Positions 37,101-48,700 of a stretch of DNA of 64,000 nucleotides are shown piece by piece; within the stretch, counting starts at the first letter, position 1; each line of letters opens with the position of its first letter. The position numbers and the translations under genes are program-made. The notes under the pieces are model-generated. The model was not told the DNA's origin, made no database searches, and was given only the letters and a program-made list of their open reading frames with translations. This stretch comes from Marsupella aquatica (taxonomy: Eukaryota; Plantae; Marchantiophyta), in contig OZ316891.1 in NCBI GenBank assembly GCA_973895155.1, forward strand, positions 29,616,231-29,680,230, read 5' to 3'.

Positions 37101-40100
37101 TTTTGCTATTTTGAGAGTAAATATGCAGCGTCTTTATAGAAGCAGTGGCGCGTATTTCTGTTCATGTTGTGATGTGTGTGTACAGCTGAAAATCATGTCT
37201 CCTTGCACAATGCTGGCAGCCCTCATTGGAATCGGATTTGGGACTCTAAGGTGTGCACTTGACCAGGACCGTTTCTCATACATTTAATTATGGATTTTTG
37301 GAGTACAAGAAGTAGAGCTTGTCATGATACATGCAATTTTAAATTGTTGGGTTTCACATTGTGATCAAGATTTGTGGCACCTCCTGAATGAGTCCTAGAT
37401 GAGTATTTCAAGCCAGATCCGTCCGGGTAATTGTAACGTGCGAGCAAACAGTAAAATTTTTCCTCACACGAGCAAAAACAATTCCTGCATAACCCCTATT
37501 TTTCTACATGCAACTGCCTCGCTATCAACTACCTGGTTGGTAACATCCCTTTTGGGGACTCCCTTTTTGCTAGCGAGCTCGCTAGCCATCTGCAGCCTTT
37601 AAAAAAACACAAAAATGTAAAAGGCACCAAAAAGTAACTGAAATTTGGAACCATTATTGTCTCGCTATCAAAATCTCCTGTTTGCTTGCAACATAGAATA
37701 CCTCGATCCGCTCGAGCAGGAGTTTTCACGGCATAACTGACGTGAATCTTGGTGATGAAACAGTACGGCTGGAGTATATAGTGTCCCGTCATTGAGCCCA
37801 GCATTATCCAGCATGAGTGTACTAATTGCGGTTGTTCTCTTCTCCAAAGCCTAGGTCTTTGTTTCTAGTCATTTAGGTATTGGAAAGTGCCAGATTTCGC
37901 TTCTAGAGAAGTAAGACATTGGATAAAATAGAAATGAAGGCCCTCCAATCTTCCAGTCCAGATGATTGGCTAGCTAGCTGTTATCCATTTTTGAATCGGG
38001 TGGCTTTGTAGATTATTCTACCCTTGAATCCTTAGACGATGCAAACAGGATCTCCCGTATTTAAACTTTCACAATATGGTTATTTTGTTAATTCAGTGTG
38101 CACAATTGCAGGTCTGCATTTACGTGTTAACCCCACAACAAATCAGACCTTCATCGCAAGATGCTGTTTCTGGTAAGTACACAGCCTGACATTGGATTCC
38201 TGTCAAGCCTGCCCACCTAATATTATTCGTTTTTATACTCAGATCTGACTTTACTCAAATTTTCGGCTTGAAATGCTTACAACGAGGCATTTAGAATCCA
38301 AGAGAAACTCTGTCGACCAGAATAGCAAAACACAACATGGACATGACTGATAATCTTCTTTTTGCAGCTGCTGTGCACCTAGCAGCAGGAGCGACTGCTG
38401 GAGCATTGGCCCAGTGGGGTCTTCAGGTATAGAAGTACTTTATGATCACATTCTTGACTACAGTGACCTCAGACCGATGTCTATTCGTTTGTGGAGATCG
38501 ATCGCTCCAAACCTCTTTCTTATGTATCTTGTACAAGAGACTGTTAAATGAAGGCAAGACGTTCTGACAAGGCTTTGAAGCGGGAGATCTGGGTTGTTAT
38601 TTTGGTCTGGTCATCTTGAGACTTTCATATGAATCGTCTAGAACACTTCTGCTCTTTGCGGACATCTAATTGTTGACCTTTGACTGTATAATCATACTTA
38701 GGCACTCGCTCAGCACAGAGCAGGGTTCGGGCCATTGAAAGTTTCTGAGGGGAAGTTCAGAAATCCATTCACGGATGAAGGTTTCCAAGAGGTACAGTGT
38801 CTCGCAGTCTTGCTCCCATGTTTGGTTTTTTGCTGAGTTAGTCCGTAGTCATCATCATTTTAAGAAAAGCTTCACATTGAAACTAGAGCGCCATATGAGC
38901 CTCTGAATGTCTAAGAGATGATCATTTCCGTGAACTAATCTGTGCTACCTGACTCAAATCACATGGCCGTCAGGGATTATGAGTTAAAATCTGCTCACAA
39001 TTTGCAGATCAGGTTTTTGCAGTGTTAGTGCCGGCAGCCATTGCTTCAGGAATGCTTCAAATTGCAACGTACACAGACCTCCATTTTGCTTCTTTCATCC
39101 CGGGTGCAGCTGCTGCTCTTGGCTGTGAGTCAAAGGCATCGAGAAGAAACATAATTTTGTGCATGAATATTTTTCGGAAGCTATGGAATTTCTATTTAGA
39201 CTCGTGTCCCTCCTGATTTTGATGAGGCCTTGTTTTATATAGCATGTTCCAGAAACAAAGAAGCGGAATTGGCAACATAGACTTCCTTCTTTTGCAACTT
39301 AGAGAAAATACAATTTTACTGTTCTCATTTTACATATGAATGTCTAGCTCATATATCGAGGGAAGCATAAACTAGTAGAGAGGTATAGCATGTTACCAAC
39401 ATGGATTTGGTTGTCCGTGGTGGATACGTGCAGATGCAAACCTTCTTGCAATGGCACCGTTGGGCATTCTTTCGAGCTCGATCCTCGTTCCGCTCCTACC
39501 CATGTTCTCTCGCCTATCCAAGGTCTGGATAGCGAACCTTAGCTTCTTCTGCAGCATACAGGAATTCCGCTACTCGTTTTTGTAAATGCTGAAAAAGTTC
39601 GAAGAATGGCCAAGAAAAAAATAACAACTACCACACAGTGGGCCGTCGGAGCCAAACAGGACCTTGCAGAAATCTGTCAGGCACCCCCATTCCCCGGTTG
39701 TGAGAACCTTCAAGTTTTACCACTGCACTTATTATGATCTTCTATACTCTTTTTCAACCACGGAGAAACCAGTGGCAACAAGCGTGCGTGACAGTTTTGG
39801 TCATCATCTCTGGCTATATGAACTCCGGGTTCGTTAGTCTACTGAAAGAATTGATCTCAATCCTTTAAGTGGGGTTCATCGTGCTGAATTTGGTTCTGTA
39901 TGCAGCCTTCCCATGAGCTGGAATTGCAGGAGCGAGTGAGACAAGGGCTTCTCCTATCACTGGTAGAGATTATCATTCCTGCTTCGTTTAGGTAGCGCCA
40001 ATGCTGGAACTGTTTTAATTGTGACTACTTGGGGCAGCAGGGTTCTTCTAAACTAAGCTGTTGCTGGCAGGTACTAACCTTTCTCATGACGGCACTTATG

Positions 40101-41419
40101 GTACCACTTGCCAGACCTATTGTACGAGTAGTGTTCCAACGCCGTGCCTTCGATGCTTCTGCTTCTGGACTGGTTTCCTCCCTTCTAATCTGTTGTAAGT
40201 CAGCAACTTTGTGTACCCCTACTACTCCCCTTATCAACCGACGATAAAACTTATTGAAGCTCTTCTGCTCTATATGCTGTTCAAATCTCTTCTAATACAC
40301 TAATTGGACTTTCATACAGACGTGTTTGGGTCTTCCTTTTACCTGGCCCGGGACCTTCTGGTTCGTGTGTTTTACGTTCTTGGTGATGGCCGAACTCCTT
40401 TTCGAATAAGCATGGCAGCCATCTTCATTAATGCTCTCCTTGATTGGGTATTCGTAAGATATGCTGGCTTTGGCGTGCAAGGACTGGTAAGCCTTCTCAA
40501 TGTGTTTTCATTTTAAGTTTCCTAATTATTTTCGTATTTTATCCGTCAGTTCATATGAATGGTTTTCACTTGTAATTGAAACTCTAACTGCAGGTGATGC
40601 ATTTGTTCCTTGTTCATTTGCGACTCGGTTAGAAGCTTTCGTATTGCTAAGTCAGTTGTGAATCAAGTGCAGGTTGTGGCCACATCGTTGGTGAACTTTG
40701 GCTCTGCACTATTGTTAATGGTAGTACTCTCAAGCAAATATCAAGGTATTCAAAAGCTCTCACAATTATCCGCAACTGCTTTTGAAATCCTTGTTGACAG
40801 AAAAGCTTTCCACCATTCTAATTCCAACTTCTTACGCTCGCTTGCATCCCAAAATGCAGGACTGCAGTTACAACATTGGGTAAGACCACTACTGTTGCTT
40901 GGGTGCAGCGCCATTTTGGCAGGGATACTTACCAACTATTCATATTATCTTCTTTCTGTACGATTTTTCTCAGCTGTCATGCGGTCCGACACAAGGTCAG
41001 AAGCTCCAAGCTCTTTGGAACTCCTTAATTTTATACGATTTTCTCGGGAATGGAAGCTGTCATGTCAATGGGGAGACGACATATCATGAAAACAACTGCG
41101 GAACGCTGTTTTGGGTGCATTCATTTGCTTGTGCGTTTTCAAATGGATGTTGATCTGTCATTCCATTTTTACAATCCCACAATTCAGCATTTTCTGCCAA
41201 TCTATCTGTAGTACTGTTTCATCAGGTTCAAAATTGTTTCTGGTGCATAGTATTTGATCAGAAAAAGGGTTTCTGGGGGTGTGCAGATACTTGTGGGCTG
41301 CGGATTTATTGTCCATTTTCTTGGCAAGTCTAGCTGGAGCCATTGCGTACTTTATTCCACTTCTGCTCTTCCAAAACGAAACGAAGTCTGTCATAAGCCT
41401 GTTACAAACCAATATGTGA
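34166..41419 (+). CDS. MurJ: Chloroplast lipid II flippase MurJ/MviN (MOP superfamily) with putative transit peptide
   Basis: Exon 1 is basic and Ser-rich (MSLSPMWSGG...). It is followed by GLLTIAALIGSATALSKIL, GLVRETVLAAVFGVGPVIDAF, IIPGFFLTLLGGINGPFHTA, DAIAPG, PSLSPALSS and SGMLQIATYTDLHFASFIPGAAAALGYANLLAMAPLG. Later exons give VFQRRAFDASAS, RDLLVRVFYVLGDGRTPF and a last exon ending SLLQTNM* at 41419. About 18 GT-AG exons. The start codon and exon-1 donor are less certain. Confidence 0.92.
36621..36794. repeat. Intronic minisatellite, 45-46-bp unit x4 (MurJ intron)
   Basis: gttccttctttgataaaatgaatc(t/g)ttgtctggcaacaaaaatc starts at 36621, 36666, 36712 and 36758. Confidence 0.93.
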
Positions 41420-42272
41420 TACTCGGCGTTCAATTTCACTACGAATTAGTTCAAACAATCGGTCTCGGCTGCGAGAGATAATCTCTCTATTGACAATTAA
41501 AGCGCCACTGTCTATGGCAAAACCTGGATCCAACAGGTGAAGCCATTTTTACAACCTTTTTCCTGAAATTGTGAAGCATAGTCTTACCCTAGAGGAGAGG
41601 AATGTGAAAAAGGGAGAATTCTTGGACACAACTCCTTTTATATGGCCTGTGGTGGTTTAAGAGGCCTGTGGTGGTTTACGACTTGTCTAAAGATACAGTC
41701 GTCAAAGGTCAAGCTAGACTGACAAAGAGTGTTTTATATGATGAATTCTTTACCGAATGTGATCGAAGATTGCATGTGGTTACTCTAGCCAACTTATGAT
41801 CATATTTGCATCATATCAATTTGCTTATATTTGCCTTTGTAGTCCTTTTGTGCATAATTAACGTCTCATCTGGTGGACATTGAACAACTTGGCCTCACAT
41901 TTGTATGTAAGCATCTGACACATTATGTGTTCATTGAAATGATTGACTTCTATTATTTGACTATTTATGGACCCTTATTTTCCAAACTTTCCTAGCTCTA
42001 TGTGCGGCCACATCAGCACTTCTTGTCTCAAACAGGGGCGTCTATATTTGCAGCTATGCACAAACAGGGAGTGTATGTCTGACTCGAGGACACCAAAAGC
42101 CTGGTAGACATTTTGCCATAGGTTTGCTCTACCGTAGTCACCAATAATACTTAAGAATGAATTTCTCAGTCAGTGACAATGACATGCTCCATGTTCCTTC
42201 CCAAACCCCCACCAATTAAACGTTTACATCTAAATTTAGGACATTGCTTTTTCCAATAAGTGTAAAACACTG

Positions 42273-42385
42273 ATTCACTTGCAGTTACTGCAAAGGCAGC
42301 TTTAAGTTTTAAAACTTTGCCTAAGATATTCACTTGCAGTTACTGCAAAAGGTAGTTTAGGTTTTATAAATTTTGCCTAAGATAT
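42273..42385. repeat. Tandem duplication, ~55-bp x2, with internal inverted repeat ttgcagttactgcaa
   Basis: attcacttgcagttactgcaaa...tttgcctaagatat occurs twice. Confidence 0.8.
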
Positions 42386-42989
42386 CCATGGACAATCATG
42401 GTTGCAGTTGGAATGACTTAGCAAAACCTGAGTGGTCAACTCCAGCAATTCACAAACAAAAGGGACAGGCAAACAAAGCTCTAGAAACTAAATCTAAGAG
42501 CTGCACCAAGGTCCTCTAAGTAGCCTTGATTCTGTAAGTAGCCTTGTTTCCTAAGTAGCTTTATTCTCAAAATGGAATCATCTATTATACCCACTAGGTT
42601 GATTATGGGTTCCTTGAATGTAAGTAGAGATGAGGAGAAGAGACAAAACAACCTTGCAGAAAACTTATTTCCCCCTATTTCCTGTTCATTGTTGCCCCCA
42701 TATTTATTTTTTGTCTGCACCTTCACTTTTAGTTATGCCCTCACTGAGTACAGTCTAGAAGTTTCGGCGGGTCCATAAAGTAGCTTGCAATCAGGCTTTT
42801 CTAGTTAGATTGGCGAAACCTCAATCAAATTGATTCTGGGCAGATAGTTTCAAGGCTGCATTAATTTGAAACAAGGACATGTGTTGACAAGTTGGCAGAG
42901 TAGAAGGACCAGCCCCGACGATCCACAGAGATCTACAATAGAAGAGTAGAATCAACTTGATTTATTTGGGAAGAGCATAATGCTGGTTA

Positions 42990-44850
42990 TTGGAGACCAC
43001 ACAACTGAAAATTGAAGTCGCAATATTGGTTATTTAGAGCGAGCTGAATGAGTAGTGAAATGGGGAATGGGGCTTATATGTGTAGGTGTGGAATGAGTAG
43101 TGAGACAATATTGGTTATTTAGAGCTAGCTGAATTAGTAGTGAGACAAGGAATGGGGCTTTTACATGTGCAGGTGTGGTGACCACACAACTGAAAATTGA
43201 AGTCACAATATTGGTTATTACGGACCCCCATGAGAGGTCCCTTCCAAATTCCTTGCCACGAGGTTGTGCCACATCAGCACAACCAGCCACAAACAGGAAA
43301 TATCCTATTTTTGACAGTAACAAAAGCGCACATTCATGTTTGTGGCAAAAGCAACGTAATTTTTGGGGCGCCATGCCGTAAGTATTAAGCGCAAAAAAAA
43401 CCAGAATACAAAGGAAGACATGTCATTTTTTCACTGTAATCATATTAGTTACCTTTTGAGTGTTATTAACTTGTTTACTATGTAATTAGTTAGATAATTG
43501 TCTCTAAAATAACATAAGTAACGGCTCATACCTTATCCTCTCTCTTTCGATGAGAGAGACACCAATAGGAGATGATTGTGAATAGGGTATTGCCATTCTG
43601 TCACATTGCGTCAAAGAAACGCAAGAGCAATCTTCAGCTGAGTTTTGAGTTTGAGTTGTGAGGTGAATGGTGGATATCGTATGATTGTATAATTTGCACA
43701 CACTTAAAGAACCGTTACCGACTCAGAAAATGCAACATCAGAAAATGCCCACCTCCCTTTCTCGATGAAGAGATGTCACAATCCCATCACCGTCACAAAC
43801 TTAGCTGCTGCAAATTGATTTATTCAATTACGTCGCCATCGCTTGTCCACAATGTTTGCTTCTTGGCTTGAATTGTTCGAGTCCCCCCGTGCTTCAATTG
43901 AAGCTTGGGCTGAAGCTCACTGAACACAGGTTGACGCCAAATGCAGCCTCCATGGCAAAGAAACAATCGCTGGTCTCCCCCTCATAGTTTTCTTAAATTA
44001 AAAAACTACAAAACCTTCATGTGAAGTGATGGCTCATCCGTTTCGTGAGTTCTTCCCACCGAAACGACAAGCGCTCTTCCGCCAACAGCTGAGTGCTGTC
44101 CTCCAGTGTCTTGTGGCCGTAATGCTCAACGTAATTCACAAACGATCAATCAGGAATGGTAGAAACACAATTTCTCCAATGTGTAAGCGAAAACCATAAA
44201 AAACTCAATTCCTCCACATTCAACTTTTTCGTTTAATAAACCATCTCAACCAGATCAATCTCCTCTATCTTTTGAGCGTTCTCTTTTGTATGAACACACA
44301 CCAAGAGCACCGGGAGACTCGAAATCATCGATAACTGCTTTGCTGAAAATTGATTTCTCTTCATCACACTCCTTGGATGAACGTGGAGGTAAACGAATTA
44401 ATTTAGGGCGAGCTGAATGAGTAGTTGGTTGTTTAGAGCAAGCTGAATGAGTAGTTGGTTAATTAGAATGAGCTGAATGAGTTGTGGGACGGGGAATGGG
44501 GCTTTTATATGTGTAGGTGGGGAATGAGTAATGAAGACAATATTGGTTATTTAGAGCTAGCTGAGTGATGGTCGTGAGACAGGGAATGAGGCTGTTACAT
44601 GTGCAGGTGTGTTGACACAGGGAATGGGGCTTTTATATGTGTAGGTGTGGAATGAGTAGGAGCTAGTGAGACAGGGAATGGGGCTTTTATATGTGTAGTG
44701 TGGAATGAGTAGGAGATAATATTGGTTATTTAGAGCGGGCTGAGTTAGTAGTGAGACAGTGAGCCAGGGAATGGGGCTTTTATATGTGCACGTGTGATTT
44801 AATTAGAACATGGGAGAAAGGGAATGGGCTTTTATATGGGCAGGAGTATT
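42990..44850. mobile_element. Probable transposon relic: modular direct repeats flanking a decayed coding-like core
   Basis: Modules gagctgaatgagtag, ggaatggggcttttatatgtgtaggtgtgg and aatattggttatttagagc recur at 43020-43220 and 44405-44850. The core between them has stop-interrupted frames on the - strand. Confidence 0.45.
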
Positions 44851-45703
44851 TTATGTGGCATTGCTCCCGTTCTGGATCAGTCACGGCAATTCTGCCGGGT
44901 CTTAGCTTGAAGGTGCCAAAGGTATGAGCTGGCAGTCCTGGGTACTAATGAGTACGATTGGGGACGACAGCTTGAGTCCTAATCTTGCCTTGAAGTAGCC
45001 AGTGAGAGGATATCAGACTTTGAAAACGCTGTCGAACAACACATGGGGAAGGTAGTGGTGACTGGAGAATCTTAAGTAATACAGTTTCCTCTAAGAATCT
45101 TTGAAAACTCTTTGGGACATTATATCGAGACGGTGGTGTTGACGGGAGAATCTTCATTGATACAGTTTGTGGTGAGTTTGTGAGACAACCGGCAACAGCT
45201 GCGAGCAATACAGATGGCGAAGAGAGTAACTACTCATTTCAGGAAAAAACTTTACTCATTGCTTGCTGCCTTCCCGTAGCCTTGTGGCCTTACACTCAGT
45301 AGTCCTGGACTGATGAAATCCGAAATCAGATTGTTTAATCTTGTGAAACTGCTAAACGACGTCCCCACTTTTCACGACCTTCCCCGCCGTACAGGAAAAA
45401 GGTGAACAATTCTAACTGGATCAGCTATGAAGAGTTGCTATGATAGCACTGGAACTCAGGTGTACAGGGAGGCAACCACCTGACGGATAGGTAATCCAGA
45501 TGCTGGGAGAAATTCGAAGATGAGTATGCCAATAGACTTAGAATGTACCTGCATGGGAACACAACATCTAGAAATTCAGATAAAGCCCTGTCACTTACCC
45601 GACGACAAAGGAAGACGCGTTCTGCGATAAACTGCGACAGATTAGCTGTTTTCCGAACTTTCTAATGCAAATGCTGTGAGAGGAAAGATTAACGACGACA
45701 TAC

Positions 45704-48700
45704 CTATGAGTCTGGCACAACTGGAGGTGCGGTTGAAGATGGGGAACCAAGGATGCGTAAATTGTGATCGTTTGTTGCTACAGCCAAGTACTTCGCGTCG
45801 GGCCCAAAACGTACTGATGTCACTTTGCCTGCCGTAGACCAGTGTCATGAGAAACATTTTAGATAACTCATTCCGTGGAAAGTACAAGGGAAATAGCAGC
45901 ACATGCGCAGATTTACGTGTGACAACGCAAATTCCAGAAGGGACACAACTTGAACATAGAACTCCACTTGAGAGAAAAAATAGCAGGAAATAAAGATCGC
46001 TCGGAGAGCATTTAGAGGTTAACAAACCTGTTCCTGACAAGTCTGGGAAAGTTTTGATAGTGTTCCATTCTTGTTTCACACTAGCAACTTGGTACACTCT
46101 GCACCGAGACAGCACGAACATTTAGCATACATTGTAATCATGACCGAACCACAAAGAGAATTGAGTTGAACTCCAAAAAGAGAATAACACAAACCTGATG
46201 TCAGAGCCGCCCACTGCCAGGTAGCTTCCACTGAAGTCAAACTCCACTGCCATGAACGAAGAGCTGATTGAGACGACATGTTTGTTTCGCACACATAATT
46301 CCAGAATTCAATGATACAGCTAGGCTTGAAACCTTGAGTTTGCTAACAGCCAAGACACTAACCCGTGTTTGTTGTAGTAGAAGAGTCATATGGAGCAAAT
46401 GACCGGAAGTTTTTCAATTTCCGTAAATCCCATAGCTTTACTCCATCGCTCGCAGCAGACTTTATGTAAAAATGTTCAACACTTAGTTGTCAGTGAAACC
46501 TAAGCATCCAAGTTGAGCCCAAATCATCCAAATTACAGAGAGAAACTTTCGGAGTGCCCAAAGAAGTGGAATGATGATGTCTTCAGAAACCAAACACATT
46601 AGCCTAAATGAAAGAAGCCATATGTGGGATTGAAACTCACAGCGAGAAAGTAGCCATTTTCAGAGAAAGAAATGTCCGTGACAGGACCACTGTGGCCTTC
46701 GAATTTTGCAACGTTTGACTGCATAAGACATACGACTGGCATTAAGTGGCGACACAGAACAAGAAATCACAAGGCCTGATAAATCAGGCGCACTGAAATC
46801 CATATCATCCCCTACGAGTTAACCATGTTTACTTTGGGCTACCCACAAGCCAGTAGTCCTAAAAAACCTTCGGAAGGTAGTTGAAATTGAGCTTCAATCA
46901 GCCACTAACCCGTTCAGCCAGGATCCAAGATTCAGCCTTACCTGCGACTTCACATCCCAAATTCGAACCACGGACTCCGCAGTCCCAGTTCCAAGAATAA
47001 GACCATCAGGGTGGAAGGCTGCTGATGTAAACCCCTCCTGTACTGAACCTTCACTGACCTAACACATGGCAAAGGCAATTCTACAATCAAGAGCTAAGAA
47101 AAATGCAATCACTTCAATGAGTTCCAACTCTATAACCTAAAAATGATGAATAAGATAGTTTGGGTCATGTTCAAAACCTGAGCCAAGCATAACCCAGCAT
47201 TAAGATCATAGAAGCCCCATGTCTTGTCAGCTGATGCAGTTACGAAATAATTGTTTGTCGCGTGTAAAGTTACTGCCCTCACCTGATCCATCAGCACACA
47301 GACAAAACGCAAAATGACATTCAGGTGAACAGCGAGTTTTAGATTTACATTGAGGTCTCACAAAACCAATGCTGTTCTCAACATTATTTAGAGAGGACGT
47401 GGTATACCATTACACGCATTTTGACCATGTACCAACGACGGAAACAGACAAAGCACGACTTCTTTCTAAGCCAATCCAGTAGGCACCAATACACTTAAAT
47501 GGAGACAGATTTTTCTTTCTAAGACCGGCAATCTCGCGAAGGTCTGGCACGAACGGGCGGAGCTACCGTATTCCAAACACAAGTGAGCGATAATTACAGG
47601 TCATCATGGTTATCATAAATAACGAACCTCCCCGGTGTGATCTTTCAGGGTGTGTTTGCATTCATACGGGCCATCCTCAGTAGCTTGCCAAATTTTTACG
47701 GTCTGTAAGAAGAGCGAGGCAGAAACCACAAGTCAGATAAGTGAGCCGTAGATTTCTGAAAGATCTGACCCTATTGGCAACTAAGCTATCGTAGCTCATT
47801 AGACCTCAGATGTTGCTTTCCTTACTAAAGTACTTTCAGTCGCAGTTCGATATCTCAGCCTATCTGTTGTTCTCATACTCCAAAGGGGGATTGTCGCAAC
47901 AAGGAGTAAATTTTGATGCGCACTGACCTTATCAGCAGAACCAGTAAGAACCAAATCGTCACGGGGCACAAATTTAACGCTTGTAACCTGCACAAATGAA
48001 TGGACGTCAGTACTAAGTACGAGCAGCTAAGAGAACACAAAAACACATCATTGACTTCACTAGATATGAAAACAAACAATATCAGTTCAGCTTGTGGTAC
48101 TCACCCGCTTGGTGTGACCTGCAAGAGTGGAGACAATCTCTCCAGAGGAGCGGTTGAAAACTATTGCAGTAGAATCTACGCCACCACTTAGGATATAATC
48201 CTGTATTATGACAAGTTAGCAGGAGCTCCGGGTCAGACTGTGGACAAGGCAGACATTGAAAAGATAATCACCGTCCCACCCACTCATTAAAAAACTAACT
48301 TTCGCACAAGAGAAATGCTCATGTACCTTAGACGGATGGATATCGATGGACGTAATGCCTGGCTTTACTGTTTTATGAAGTGGGTGGCTTGCCACTTGGG
48401 TGTAACTCTCCACGGTCTCTGAAGTTGCAAGTGTTTGCGAGATCTGATAGAGAAAACCGCAGTTTATACATTAAATTAGTTGGCATTACAACTGTCAGTA
48501 TTTTTGAACACTAGAATATTAATCCACGGCATTCGCACGACTGAGAAATATTTGTAGCTAATAAAAGGCAACTGCCACCCAGAATGTGACGATGGTAGGA
48601 AGACTAACATCTAGAAAATCTTGGCCACAACAGAGCAACGCCACTCCCCACCTTCGCAAAAATGGTAGCCCATATGCAAAAGTATTTTCTAGAAAGAGTA

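Noticed and set aside
34166-41419. MurJ and FLV as bacterial contamination or recent horizontal transfer
   Set aside because: Both have many spliceosomal introns and transit-like N-termini, as expected for endosymbiotic genes in non-flowering plants.
41254-41481. 75-aa ORF as the MurJ last exon
   Set aside because: Splice phase from the previous exon selects the other frame (YLWAADLLSIFLASLAGAIAYFIPLLLF...), which is hydrophobic as expected and stops at 41419.
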